Shown here: piece after piece, positions 49,197 through 62,495 of the stretch | Layout of the letters: the number at the start of each line of letters is the position of its first letter | Position numbering within the stretch: position 1 is the stretch's first letter | Origin: Chiloscyllium plagiosum | Taxonomy: Eukaryota | Length of the DNA stretch: 64,000 bases | Assembly: GCF_004010195.1 (NCBI RefSeq) | Contig: NC_057758.1 | Coordinates: forward strand, 2,516,205 to 2,580,204 | Reading direction: 5' to 3' | The notes under the pieces: model-generated | What the model was told of the DNA's origin: nothing | Seen by the model: only the letters and a program-made list of their open reading frames with translations | The model's database searches: none | Made by a program: the position numbers and the translations under genes

Positions 49197-50670
49197 CACT
49201 AAATACCCTGACTGAGGAAGGCCAGTGTACCAAAAGCCACCTTCACTACCCAGCTTACCTGCGACTCCTCTTGCAGACAAACGTGCACCTGAACTCCAAA
49301 GTCCATCTCTACCACTCCTTGAGGCCCTACTGTTCACCATGAAACTCCTACCTTGATTTGACTTTTCAAAATGCAAGACCTGACACGTATCTATATTAAA
49401 ATCCATTTCCCATTTCTCTGCCCACTTCCTCAGCTGATTAAGGCCCACCTGCAATTTCTGAGAACCTTCCTCACTGTCCATGATAACGCCTATTTTAGTG
49501 TCACCTGCAAACTTAATAACCACGCCTTTTACATTCTCATCCAAGTCATTGATATCGATAAAAATAACAACTGGCCCAACCCCGATCCCTGAGGCAGACC
49601 ACAAGTCACAGGCCTTCAATGCAACAAGCATCCTTCCACTATCACCCTTTGCTTCCTACCATCAAGCCGAATGTGTATTCAATTTGCCAGCTTCCCCGGA
49701 TTGCATGTGATCTAACCTTCGAGAGCAGCCTACCATATGAAACCTTATCAAAGGCGTTACTGAAATCCATATCAACTACGCCTACCACCCTGCGCTCGTC
49801 AACCTTCATCAAAGAATTCTCACAAATTTGTAAGCCATGGTTTCCCACGCACAAAGCTATGCTGACTATTCCTAATCAAACCTTTTCTTTCCAAATATAT
49901 GCATATCTTATCTCTTAGAATCTTCTCAAGTAACTTACCTAGCACATAGTTTAGGCTCACTGATCAACAGTTCCCAGATTTTTCTTTGCAGCCCTTCTTG
50001 AATAAGGCCACAATTCGCTCCCGCCCAGTCTTCTAGGACCTCACCTGTAGCTAACGGTGATGCGAAAGTATGAGCCAGAGCCCCCACAATTGCTTCCCTA
50101 GCCTCTGGCAGTGTTCTTGGATATATCTGGTCAGGACAAGGAGATTACTCATGTTCATAAATTCTAATACATGAAACACCTCCTCTACACTGTTGTGAAC
50201 TGCCCTCACGTTATGACCACTAAATTCCCGAATCTACATGTCTTTCTGCTCGATAAAGCCAGAGAAGCTAAATTAGCTTAGATTCCCTTCATTATGGAAA
50301 CAGGTCCTTCGGCCCAACAAGTTCACACTGACTCTCTGAAAAGTAACCTGCCCAGACCCACTCCCCTATTCTATATTTGCCATTGACACTATGGGGCAAT
50401 TTATCATGGTCAATTTACCCTAAAGTGCACATTTTGGATTGTGGGAGAAAAACTGGAGCACTCAGAGGAAACACAGGGAGAATGTGCAAACTCCACACAG
50501 TCACCCGAGGTTGGAATCAAACCCGTGTCCCTGGCGCTGTGAGGCAGCAGTGCTAACTACTGAGTCAGCATGCCGCCCCAGATATTGTTTGAGAACCTCG
50601 CACATCTCCTGTAGTTCAACACATACATGTCTACTTTGGTCTTGAGGGGTCCTATTCTCTCTGTAATTTT
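49197..50670 (-). mobile_element. CR1 ORF2 fragment with nested SINE (about 50275-50578)
   Basis: IFIDINDLDENV...KFAGDTKIG and VDMDFSNAFDKV. Confidence 0.85.
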
Positions 50671-51069
50671 TTTTCTTAAATTTAATCAAATAGAGATGAG
50701 GGTGTTTGTGCTTTACGTCCAGTACACAGGCTCATGTGTACGCCTGGAGAGAATTCATCATGCCTTTTTGAACACCTATATGTCCCCAGGTCGTCGCTCA
50801 AACAGACCACTGCTCACAAATTCAAGCAGCTCTTCGCTGCTGGATTTCAGTTTCCTGCTCCGAGTTCGGGCAGAGCTTTGTGTCATCCTGCAACTTGATG
50901 GGGCACCAGCGTGGGGCACCAGCGCTCCCAACAGTCGGATTCTGCTGGTGACGCTGTTGTGGGTCACCCCCAGGACTGAACCTCCTGCCTGTTCTGACAC
51001 TGGGTGCAGTGGGAGAGTCAGTGGGCTTTTTTTTTGTTTTGTGCTAGACTGTACCACCATCCCCTCAAC

Positions 51070-51540
51070 CCCACGGTGGCTCAGAGGCAGCACGGTGGTT
51101 CTGTGATTTTGCATTTGATGCCTCATGGCGACAGGGATCCATGTTTGATTCCACGTTCAGTGCGACTGCCTGTGTAGAATTTGCATGTTCTCCCCCTATG
51201 TCCGCATGAGTTTCCTCCGGGTGCTCCGGGTCCTCCCACAATCTGAAGATGTGCAGCTTAGAGTGGATTGGCCGTGCTAAATTGTCCCACAGTATTCAGG
51301 GGTGTGTAGGCTAGGTGCATTAGTCTAGATTAGAGTGGTGTTGGAAAAGCACAGCAGGTCAGGCAGCATCGGAGGAGCAGGAAAATCGGCATTTCGGGCA
51401 AAAGCCCTCCAGCAGGGTTAGGTGTATTAGACATGATAGAGTAATGGGTTGGGGAATGGGTCTGGGTGGGTTTCTCCTTGGAGGGTCGGTGTGGACTTGT
51501 TAGACTGAAGGGCTGTTTCTACACTATAGGGATTCTATGA
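51070..51540 (+). mobile_element. HE1-like SINE with a nested Penelope terminal fragment
   Basis: SINE head, body and tail, interrupted at about 51325-51415. Confidence 0.75.
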
Positions 51541-52437
51541 TTCCAATTGGGAAAACCAGGATTAATCATTGCAAATTTAGGAAAGGCATCTTCATCTCTC
51601 TTTCTGTCTCTCTTCTCAATGGTACTCTCTAATGCTACTGCTGAAGAATCTCACTTAAGTAATAGCATCAGAATGCAAGATTCAGCAGCAAGACTGGGGA
51701 ATTCAACCCCTTGCTTTGACATCTCTTACCACCATGGCTGATCTCATCTAGGCCTCAACTCTACTCTTCAACCAGTTACTGATTAAAAATCTGTCTCTAT
51801 CATCCTTTAATTTATTCAATGTCCTGTCATCCACCACACTCTAGGGAAATGGATTCCATCGTGGGTGGTGGGCGTTTGGAACGCATTGCCAGCAGAGGTG
51901 GTAGAGGCAGGCACGGTAGATTCATGATTGGACAGATGCATGAGTAGGTGGGGAGCCGAGCGATACAGATGCTTAGGAATTGACCAACAGTTTTATACAG
52001 TACAGTTGGATTGGCTCAGGCTTGGAAGGCTGAAGGGCCTGTTCCTGGGCTGTAAATTTTCACAACTGAGAGTGTGGTGCTGGAAAAGCCCAGCAGGTCA
52101 AGCAGCATCCAAGGAGCACAAACCCTACATCAGGAATGAGACTTCCTCCATCGTTTGACCACCACCTGAATGAATAACTCCTCCTCATCAGTCTTCTAAA
52201 TCTGATACCTCGTAGCCTCATTTTTATTGTCTCATGCGATATGGGGATTGTGGGTTTGGTAGGTATCTGTGATGAATTCCCAATTGCCCTTGAGAAGGTG
52301 GGATGAGCTGTTTTCTTGAACTGCTGCAGTGCACCCAAAATACCTTTGGGGGGGATTGGGTTCCAACACGTTCACCCAGCCACAGAGAAGGAATGGCAAT
52401 TTCTATCTATCTATCTGTCTGTGTATCTATCTGTGTG

Positions 52438-52472
<35 letters not shown>

Positions 52473-52704
52473 TATATATTATACACACACATGCACACAT
52501 ATATGTCCAAGTCAGGATTGCAAATGACAAATGACTTGGAGCGGAATTTACAGGGGGTGATATTCCCATGCATCTGCTGTCTTTATCCTTCCAGATTTCA
52601 AAGGTCATGGGTTTAGAAGTTGCTGTCTGAGGATCTTTGGTGAATTTCTGCCGTGCTAATGTTGCTAAGGCTGCACCTATCCAGGCACATGGGGCGTATG
52701 GCAA

Positions 52705-53785
52705 CAAATGTACTATAAACCTACCGACTCCCACAGCTACCTAGACTACACCTCCTCCCACCCTGCCCGCTGTAAAAACGCCATCCCATATTCCCAATTC
52801 CTTCACCTCCGCCGCATCTGCTCCCAGGAGGACTAGTTCCAATACCGAACAACCCAGATGGCCTCCTTCTTCAAAGACCGCAATTTCCCCCCAGACGTGA
52901 TCGACGATGCTCTACACCGCATCTCCTCCACTTCCCGCTTCTCCGCCCTTGAGCCCCGCCCCTTCAATCGCCACCAGGACAGAACCCCACTGGTCCTCAC
53001 CTACCACCCCACCAACCTCCATACACATCATATCNNNNNNNNNNNNNNNNNNNNNNNNNNNNNNNNNNNNNNNNNNNNNNNNNNNNNNNNNNNNNNNNNN
53101 NNNNNNNNNNNNNNNNNNNNNNNNNNNNNNNNNNNNNNNNNNNNNNNNNNNNNNNNNNNNNNNNNNNNNNNNNNNNNNNNNNNNNNNNNNNNNNNNNNNN
53201 NNNNNNNNNNNNNNNNNNNNNNNNNNNNNNNNNNNNNNNNNNNNNNNNNNNNNNNNNNNNNNNNNNNNNNNNNNNNNNNNNNNNNNNNNNNNNNNNNNNN
53301 NNNNNNNNNNNNNNNNNNNNNNNNNNNNNNNNNNNNNNNNNNNNNNNNNNNNNNNNNNNNNNNNNNNNNNNNNNNNNNNNNNNNNNNNNNNNNNNNNNNN
53401 NNNNNNNNNNNNNNNNNNNNNNNNNNNNNNNNNNNNNNNNNNNNNNNNNNNNNNNNNNNNNNNNNNNNNNNNNNNNNNNNNNNNNNNNNNNNNNNNCTCT
53501 AACTCAGCACCACCTTCCGAACCTGCAATCTTCTTCCTGACTTCTCCGCGCCCACCCCCACTCCAGCCTATCACCCTCACCTTAACCTCCTTCCACCTAT
53601 CGCATTTCCAACGCCCCTCCCCCAAGTCCCTCCTCCCTATCTTTTATCTTAGCTCATTCCTGAAGAAGGGCTCATGCCTGAAACGTCGATTCTCCTGTTC
53701 CTTGGATGCTGCTTGACCTGCTGCGCTTTTCCAGCAACACATTTTCAGCTCTGATCTCCAGCATCTGCAGTCCTCACTTTCTCCT
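52705..53785 (+). mobile_element. Penelope-like element: RT C-terminal region, assembly gap, 3' terminus
   Basis: YKPTDSHSYLDYTSSHPARCKNAIPYSQFL...RRICS...MASFFKDRNFP. Confidence 0.9.
53660..53687 (+). ncRNA. Minimal type I hammerhead ribozyme core
   Basis: CTGAAGA-a-GGGC tcat GCCT-GAAA-cg-TC with palindromic ACGT; all core nucleotides intact. Confidence 0.65.
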
Positions 53786-53989
53786 AACAAATGTCTGAAA
53801 GGCAACAATACCCCCAGGAAAGAAATCTCTCTCTTTCTGTGTCTTGCTCTCTTTCTCCCTCTCTCTCTCTCTCTCTCTTTTTCCTGACTGTCTCAAGCGC
53901 TGAGTCACTCTTCCACTTGTAATGATGCTTCTGCTTGAACAAGACTATGTGGTCCTCGCTTTTTTTTTGTAAGGAGGTCTTAAGGGCAA

Positions 53990-54793
53990 GGGTTCAAAAA
54001 TGTCTACTTTAAGAAAATTTTTAAGTTTTAAAAAAGCACACTTGCACACAGAAAGGGGAGTGGCCAGTTCTTCCAGCTCAGCTTCTCTCTGGTTTGGTTT
54101 GATTTCAGCAGGCAGTCAGTTTTGAAGCTGCTGGACCCAAAGAAGCAGGTCCATGCTGATCCTCCCTCTCTCTTGTAAGACCCTGGGCTCGATTTTACTT
54201 TTTTTCTTGCCAAGGGGTGTTTAGATTAGATTAGATTCCCTACAGTGTGGAAACAGGCCCTTCGGCCCAACAAGTCCACACTGGCCCTCCAAAGAGCAAC
54301 CCACCCAGACCCATTCCCCTACGTTCACCTCTGACTAATGCCCCTAACACTGTGGGCAATTTAGCATGGCCAATTCACCTCACCTGCACATCATTGGACT
54401 GTGGGAGGAAACCCATGCAGGCACAGGGAGAATGGGCAAACTCCACACTGACAGTCACCTGCGGTGGGAATTGAACCCGGGTCCCTGGCGATGTGAGGCA
54501 GCAGTGCTAACCATTGAGCCGTGCCGCCCCAAACGCAGAATTTTTGCAAGCATTTGGAACAGCATCATTAAGGTCAGGTAATCTGTCAGGTTTTCGGTTC
54601 CATTGATCTGTATTCTCTTCTCGTTTGTTTGTGTTTCATTCAGTCATCGAGCAAAAAATATTAAAACTAAGCGGTTGGGCCAACTGCATTACTCCTGGAA
54701 TAGCCACCCTACGCCTCCTTAAAACACCTAACAACGTTAGAGTCTGTTCCATTTTCTTGAAATGTTTTAAGGGGGTCTGGTCTGGTCCATAAC
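53990..54793 (+). mobile_element. Solo-LTR-like sequence with nested SINE (about 54222-54530)
   Basis: Ends in ...ggtccATAACA, the inverse of the TGTTATG start at 56129. Homologous to 3973-4545. Confidence 0.55.
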
Positions 54794-57700
54794 ACTCTTT
54801 TTGTCTCTCTTTCCCCTGTCTGTCTCAATCATGAAGTGTCCCTCACTCACTATTTCTATCTCTCACACTCTCTCTCTTTCCNNNNNNNNNNNNNNNNNNN
54901 NNNNNNNNNNNNNNNNNNNNNNNNNNNNNNNNNNNNNNNNNNNNNNNNNNNNNNNNNNNNNNNNNNNNNNNNNNNNNNNNNNNNNNNNNNNNNNNNNNNN
55001 NNNNNNNNNNNNNNNNNNNNNNNNNNNNNNNNNNNNNNNNNNNNNNNNNNNNNNNNNNNNNNNNNNNNNNNNNNNNNNNNNNNNNNNNNNNNNNNNNNNN
55101 NNNNNNNNNNNNNNNNNNNNNNNNNNNNNNNNNNNNNNNNNNNNNNNNNNNNNNNNNNNNNNNNNNNNNNNNNNNNNNNNNNNNNNNNNNNNNNNNNNNN
55201 NNNNNNNNNNNNNNNNNNNNNNNNNNNNNNNNNNNNNNNNNNNNNNNNNNNNNNNNNNNNNNNNNNNNNNNNNNNNNNNNNNNNNNNNNNNNNNNNNNNN
55301 NNNNNNNNNNNNNNNNNNNNNNNNNNNNNNNNNNNNNNNNNNNNNNNNNNNNNNNNNNNNNNNNNNNNNNNNNNNNNNNNNCGCAGACACGGGGAGAATG
55401 TGCAAACTCCACACAGGCAGTTGCCTGATGCGGGAATTGAACCAGTTGTGAGGCAGCAGTGCTTACCACTGTGCCACCGTGGTCGGCGCAAAGGTGAGGG
55501 CAAATGTGGTGTGGGGGTTGACTGTAGGGTATGTGCTAAGGAGTGAAACTCATGGTATGAGAGTGTGTATGTGAGTGAGGGTGACAGTGGAAGATTATGT
55601 AGGGGAGTAAACGTGACAGTGGGGTTGTGTGCTGCGGAATTAGATTGATGGTGCACGAGTGTGCGGAGAAGTGAGCTTGACGGTGGTAGGGTGTACATGT
55701 GGCACTGAGCTTGACGGTAGGGGAGTGTGGAAGGGAGGGTTAGTGACAGTGGGGCTGTATGCGGGGGAGTAGGGTTACTGTTTGGGAGTCTCCAGGGGGG
55801 TGAAGCTGACCATGGGGTCGTCTGTGGGGGTGCGAGCTTGATGGTCCGGGTGTTTGCGGGGAAGTGAGCTTGATGGTTTTGGAATTGTGGGGAGTGAGCT
55901 TCACAATTGGTTGTGTGCTGAGGGTGTGTGTGACAATGGGGTAGCGTGAGCTGGAGTGAGCTTGACTGTTGCATAGACTGTGGGTAAGTGAGTGTGACGG
56001 TTGTGGAGTGTTTGGGAGAGTGGCAGTGATAGTGGGGAAGTGTGTGGGGCAGTGAGCATGACAGTGCAGGAGTGTGTGAGTGAGTGAGCATGTTGGTAGG
56101 TGAATGGGTAAGGAGTTAGAGCATGTGCTGTTATGAAGATGTGATTGTCATTTACCTTGAAGATAATTATAAAACAACAAAACTACCTGACAGAAGCAAG
56201 TGTTCCAAAAAGAAAATATAATGCAGCATTTGGTCAAAACATTTGACAGGCATCTTGCCTGGAAAGGATGAAACAGATTTTAATTAGGCCAATGAGTTTA
56301 AATTATGCACAGAAAAATACCAAACTTCAATCCAGTTTGTATTTAGTCTATTGACAATCTGAAAGTCCAATGACACAATCCGCTGCATTCGGTTTGTAAG
56401 ACCAGAGAAGATTGAACAGTTGGAGGAGAACTGCCAAGCCACCAGTTTGGAAAAGACTGTCCGAAAAACAGTCTCTTAAAGGTATGTATTTCGATGAGTA
56501 ACCTTAGAGGTAGAATCCCCAAGAAGAAGAAAAGAAGACCGAAATGCAAAGAAGAATGAAACCTGCCTGGTTCCGAGAAATGAAGTTTTGATTGTAAATC
56601 GTAATCTGGAGTTTTATCGACTAGCATTATAGAACGGCAGATAAAAGATAAGTTCGAGGAAGGAGTTGTAAATACTTGTTAGCTAATTATCCTCGGTAAT
56701 ACTTTAAGAAATAAAGTTGAACTAGTTCTTGGACCATCGAATGTTCACAGAGTACTGCAGGGAATAACTCTTTTCTGCGTTGCTGCTTTTAAATTAGCAG
56801 AGGGGTTTACGTGGTGCCGTTCGTTTGGCGCTCGGGGCCATGATTTGAACTGGTTTAGACTGATTTGAATATATTTGGTGGTTCGAAAAGTCACACCAGA
56901 TTTAAATACTTGCAGCCTAGTGTCCTGAACCTTTAAAGAAAATATAGCTGAGACAATATATTTCATTTCGGCGACTTGTGGTTGGTTAAATTAAAAGTGA
57001 GAAAAATGGTTTTTAAAATTGCAACAGAGTTTGGGAATTTGAAGATAATTGTCAAATATTCCACAAAGTTTAAAAGAAAAGAAAAAGGTCATACTTTTAG
57101 AATTAGCAAATAAGTTAGATTTGGGTTTAACCAAGGAGACAATTAAAGCTGAAATTGTAAGGGATTTACTCAAACACTTAGTTGCGTCATGGAAACAGAC
57201 AAGTGCATTAGATGTAGAACAAACTTAAATTACAATTAAGGAAAATGAGTTATAAGATAAAAAGAGAAAAATGAAAGAGAGAGAGAGAAAGGGAAAGAGA
57301 GCGAAGAAAGGGAGAGAGAAAGAGAAAGAGAGAAGCAAAGGAGAGAGTANNNNNNNNNNNNNNNNNNNNNNNNNNNNNNNNNNAGGGTAGAGAGTGAGGG
57401 GTAGAGGAAAAAGAAAGAGAGATAAATTTCTTACGTGACCAAAATATGAGAGAACATGAACTTGAGGATTTGCAAAATAGTCAGCAATGTCCAGTTAACA
57501 GGATGGAGGTGAAAAGAAAAGATAGAGATTTACATAAATATGTCAAAGCTCTGTCACATTTTGATGAGAACGACGGTGAACACTTCTATATTAAATTTGA
57601 AATCTTGCTCAGGCAGGTGGTGTGGTCCGAAGATTTATGGGGAATGCGAGATTCGACTCAACTGGTAGGTAGAGCCATTGAGTTATTTACCGTGCTGTCA

Positions 57701-58429
57701 GATGAGGTGTCAAGATATAAATCGGTAAATCAAGCTATTTTATGCGTTCATGAATTGGTTCCAGAAGCATATAGACAACTGCTGAGAAACACAAAGAAGG
57801 AACCAGATCAGATTATGTTCATTTCGAAAGAATTAAACATAGTCATTTTGATCGATGGGTGCGTGTTTTGAAAGTACATAAGACTTTGAGGCTCGAAGAG
57901 AGATTATTCTGCTGGAGCAGTTTAAAAACTCTTTTCCAGAGATGGTAAGAATTCACATGGAGAACATGCGCTTCAGGAAGTGAGAAGGGCAGCAGAATTA
58001 GTGAATGAGTACATGTTGGAGCATAAAAAAAGCGTCTGGCCAGAAATTCTTCCTATGGGGGATAAAAGTTGGGCGAATAGGAGAACCTACACTATCAAAC
58101 GATGAGTAGACAGCACTAGTAAGAATTTACCACAGGATTGCAAAAGAAGGTGAAGGTTGTGGACAGGAGGTGAGAAGCCCCACTTGTTCCCACTGTGATA
58201 AAGTGGCACACGGAAAGTCTCAGTGCGGGTCGTTAAAGAGAGATACTCTGAGAAAAGATGTGGTTAAATAATCCACGCCAGTCGTATTAGTGAAGGTAAT
58301 AAAGGAGACACAAAGAAGAGCCGATGACCTGCAGGAGAGTGCACATGCAGGGGCTGGATATGTAGTTACTACCTGAACTCCACAACGAATCCGGTTCTAT
58401 GTATGAAGTTTATTGTTATTTTTGTTTTA

Positions 58430-60209
58430 AAAGTAGACATTTATTCTTATGTAAAAAGCAAGAAGGGAACCAGAGAAAGGCTTGGTTCGTGAAAGGATAA
58501 GGAAGGAAGATTGTGTGTTGAACCTGAGAAAATGGGTGAGATTCTCAATGGTTAGTTTGCAACAGTGTTCTCTGAGGAACAGGAAGAGATGAATGCGGAA
58601 ATTAGAGATAGAAGTGTGTTTTGTCTGGATCACGTTGACATAAGGACGGGGTGTTGCGTAGGATAATGGTTATTAATCGCCAGAACCGGATGGGATCTAT
58701 CCAAGCTGAGGGCGGCGAGGGAGAAAGTATTTGGGGCCCTGACAGATACCTTTGTAGCATCCTTACACATAGGCGAGGTGCCAGATGCCTGCAGGGTCGT
58801 TCATGTTGTCCCCCTGTACAGGAGGAGTGGTAGCGCTATTCCAGGTAACTACAAACCAGTGAACCTAATGGCAGTGGTGGGAAAGTTGCTGGAGAAGGTA
58901 CTGAAGGATAAAATCTATATTTGGAAAAGATGGGCTTATCAGTGATATGTAATATGATTTTGTGCGGGGGAGATCGTGCCTTACCAACGTAATAGAGTTC
59001 TTTGAGGATGTGCCCAAGTTGATAAACAAAGAAAGGGCTGTAATGTCATACGCATGAACTTTAGTAAGGCGTTTGATAAGGTTCCCCATCGTAAAGAAAT
59101 GGAGGAAGTGAAGTCACATGGTGTGCAGGGTGGTCCGGCTAGGTGGATAAAGAATTTGTTGTGTAACAGGAGACAGAGAGTAGTTAAAGGGAGTTTCTTG
59201 AAATGGAGAAATGTGACCAGTGGTGTTCCACGGGGATCAATACTGGGGCCACTGTTGTTTGTAAAATAAATAAATGATCTGTAAGATGGTATTGCTTGTT
59301 AATCAGTAAATTTGCAGATGACACGACGATTGATGAAGTAGCAGAAAGCAAAGGGGACTCTCAAAGAATATACGAGCATATAGATAGATGGGAGAGTTGA
59401 GCGGAGAAGTGGCAGATGGAGTTCAATCCAGGCAAATAAGAGGTGATGCATTTTGTGAAGTCTAATTCTAGAGTGAACTATAATATAAACGGAAGTGCCT
59501 TGGGAAAAGTTGATGAGCAGCAAGATCTGGGTTTCAGGTACTCTAAGGTGGCTGCACAGCTGGTTAGAATGGTTAAGAAGGCATATGGAGTGTTTGTCTA
59601 CGTCAGACGTGGTATTGAGTATAAGAGCTGTCACGATATGTTGAAATTGTAGAAGTGTTTGGTTCGGTTGCATTTAGAATCCAGTCTGCAGTTCTGGTCG
59701 CCACATTACCAAAAGAATGTAGACGCTTTGGAGAGCGTGCGAAGAGGGTTTAGGAGGTTGTTGCCTGGTATGGAAGGTGATAGCTATAAGAGAGGTCCAG
59801 TCGATTAGCATTGTTTTCATTAGAGCAAAGGAGTTTGAGGGGGCACCAGATTGAGATCTACAAAATCATGAACAGTATAGACAGGGTAGATAGAGTTAAG
59901 ATTTTTTCCCCGGGGTGAGGGATTTAGTAATGAGAAATCACGCGTTTACGTGAGAGGTGAAAAGTTCAAGGGGGATATACGGGCAAGTAGTTTACATAAA
60001 GGGTGGTAGGTGCCTGGAACTCGTTCCCAGCAGAGATAGTAGGGGCAGGCACGGTATATTCATTTAAGGTGCCTCTGGACAGATGCATGAGTAGGTGGGG
60101 AGCAGAGGGATACAGAATTGCGCGATAGATTTATACAGTTGATTTGTATTGGATCAGGCTTGGAGGGCCGAAGGGTCTGTTCCTGGGTTGTAAATGTTCT
60201 TTGTTCTTT
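58430..60209 (+). mobile_element. CR1 LINE inserted between Gypsy gag and protease
   Basis: MNFSKAFDKVPH...VTSGVPRGSILGPLLF and the 3' tail gttctttgttctt. Confidence 0.88.
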
Positions 60210-62240
60210 ACTCAGAAAGCACAGCCAGAGAAAAACAAGCAGTTACAATTTTGAAAGATATAGGATCTAACCAGTTGCTGATAATAAGAAATGAGCGAAT
60301 TTGAACTCTTTTTGATCAGTTACCCGAGGGTGGGGCAATTTGTGGGATGGATGGACAGAAATTTAGCATCTCCCTCTGTAAAATCAGGTTGGCGTGCTAA
60401 CTCCAGACTGGGGAAGTTACAGTGCCAGTGAATGACCGAGTGTCATTTCCAGCAATTCAGTTTGTTCTTTGGAAATATTTGGCTGGACCCAAGGTGGGAG
60501 TAACATCCCTTGTTGTGGAGAAGCGCAAGGAAGACCAAGAAACCGATGAGTTAAAACAGAAATATTCTGTCATTTTCTCCAACTGTAAACTGAAAACATT
60601 CCACTATCTTCAATCACAGCACGAAGTGAAAATGAAAGATAAAGGTGAAGGAGTTGCGTTTCAGTTAGCCGATACCCTGTTTGACATAATGGTGCAGGAC
60701 AGACCTGAAGAGGCAGAGGGTCAGAGAGAAGTTTCTAGAATTGAAAGACGAAGCGACTTGCAACAGCAAGACAAGGCAACAAAAATATATGCATTATGCA
60801 TACTCTGAAGATTAGGCAGAGAATATTCTGGAGCGTTACTATCTGAAAGATAGGATCCGAAGCAGAAATGGAGACGAGGATAAAGGCATCCCATCCGTAC
60901 TGTTCACGATTAGTGATGCCCCAAACGAATCTTCTCATCTCACTCCCTTTGTGTTAATATTCCATCATGATATGAGCGGCTCTTTGAAATTAATTAAAGA
61001 AAAATGGACGCGTTGGACCGAAGGGTCTGTTTCCATGCTGTACATCTCTATGGCTCTATGACTCTAACATCAAAGTCGTAGATCTCACACCTAGATTATG
61101 TGTCAGAGGTGAGGGAGAAATAAATAGAGTAGGTGAGTTAGCTGAACAGCACCTGAAGAGTGCACAGTCCAGAAGGAAACAGGTGGCAGATAAAAGCTCT
61201 GAGACTCGGATTTATTCCCGAGGGGAAAACGTGTTAGTATTATTAGCAGTGATAGGAAATTGCTTCAAAAACAGGTTTTGCGGTCCTTATCAAACTGAGA
61301 AAAAGTTGAGTCAGGTGAATTATTTAGTAATGATGACAGATAGAAAAGAAAGATATCGAGTATGTCGTGTTGACATGTTGAAACCGTATTATACGAGAGA
61401 GAAAGAAATGGAGAAGCAGGTATTAGCTACTGCCACGCAGAATGAGGAATCAAATCCAGGTGATGTGGATTTAATGTGCTTCCAAAAAGATTTTAAAACG
61501 AAGAGGTCCTTGAGGAGTGGAATGGCTTAGTAAGCTATCTGTCTCTGGAGTATAGAAAACATTGAAAGATTTGTTACAGCAGTATAAGGACATAGGTAAG
61601 AATCAGCTGGGGAGGAGTAATGCTTTTGTACATAGTAAACGTAGAGAGTACTGCTCCGATAAAAGCAACGCCCCTATCAGCTTAAACATTTCAAAGCTAG
61701 ACAGGTCCAGATGAAGGTGGAGGCCATGCTCAACGAGGACATCATCGAACTAAACCAGAGAAAATGGAGTTCCCCGATCATCTCAGTTACCAAACCGGAC
61801 GGGACTGAATGACTGCGTGGATTACTGGAAGGTCAACGCCATTACAAAATTCGACTCATATCCAATTCCCAGATTGGCAGACTTTGTCGAGAAAGTTGGA
61901 TAAGCCAATTACATCATCAAGTTAGACTGAATGCGTGGTTACTGGCAGGTACCTTTATCAGAGTCTCAAAATACATTTACGTGTTTTCAACACCAAATGG
62001 GCTATATCCGTTTAAAGTAAAGCCCTTTGGAATGGGAAACACACCCGCCACTCTCCAGAGGTGCGTTAACAGAGTTGTGTTAATGGGGTAACAAAGTGTG
62101 CATCCTATTTGGACGGTATAGTGATTTTAACAAGTCTCAAAAAGATCACATGGGACAGTTGACAAAGCTCTTTGAATGACGACCAGAAGAAAAACTGGTG
62201 ATTAACTTAAATAAAGCTGAATTCGCGAGAGAGAGGGGAT

Positions 62241-62495
62241 GTTTAGATTAGATTACTTACAGTGTAGAAACAGGCCCTTCGGCCCAACAAGTGCACACCG
62301 ACCCGCAGCGCACCCAGACCCATTCCCCTCACACTACGGGCAATTTAACATGCCCAATTCACCAAACCTGCACATTTTTGGACTGTGGGAGGAAACCGGA
62401 GCACCCGGAGAAAACCCACGCAGACACGGGGAGAATGTGCAAACTCCACTCAGACAGTTGCCTGAGGCGGGAATTGAACCACTCAGCCGCCGTGC
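62241..62495 (-). mobile_element. HE1-like SINE inserted in the Gypsy RT
   Basis: Reverse-complement SINE with a ttagattagatt tail. Confidence 0.85.

Noticed and set aside
50627..51126. 159-aa and 116-aa ORFs in apparently unique sequence
   Set aside because: No recognisable motif or convincing splice signals; probably an unclassified repeat fragment.
52858..56091. Long ORFs containing X runs
   Set aside because: Artefacts of N gaps and GT-rich low-complexity sequence.
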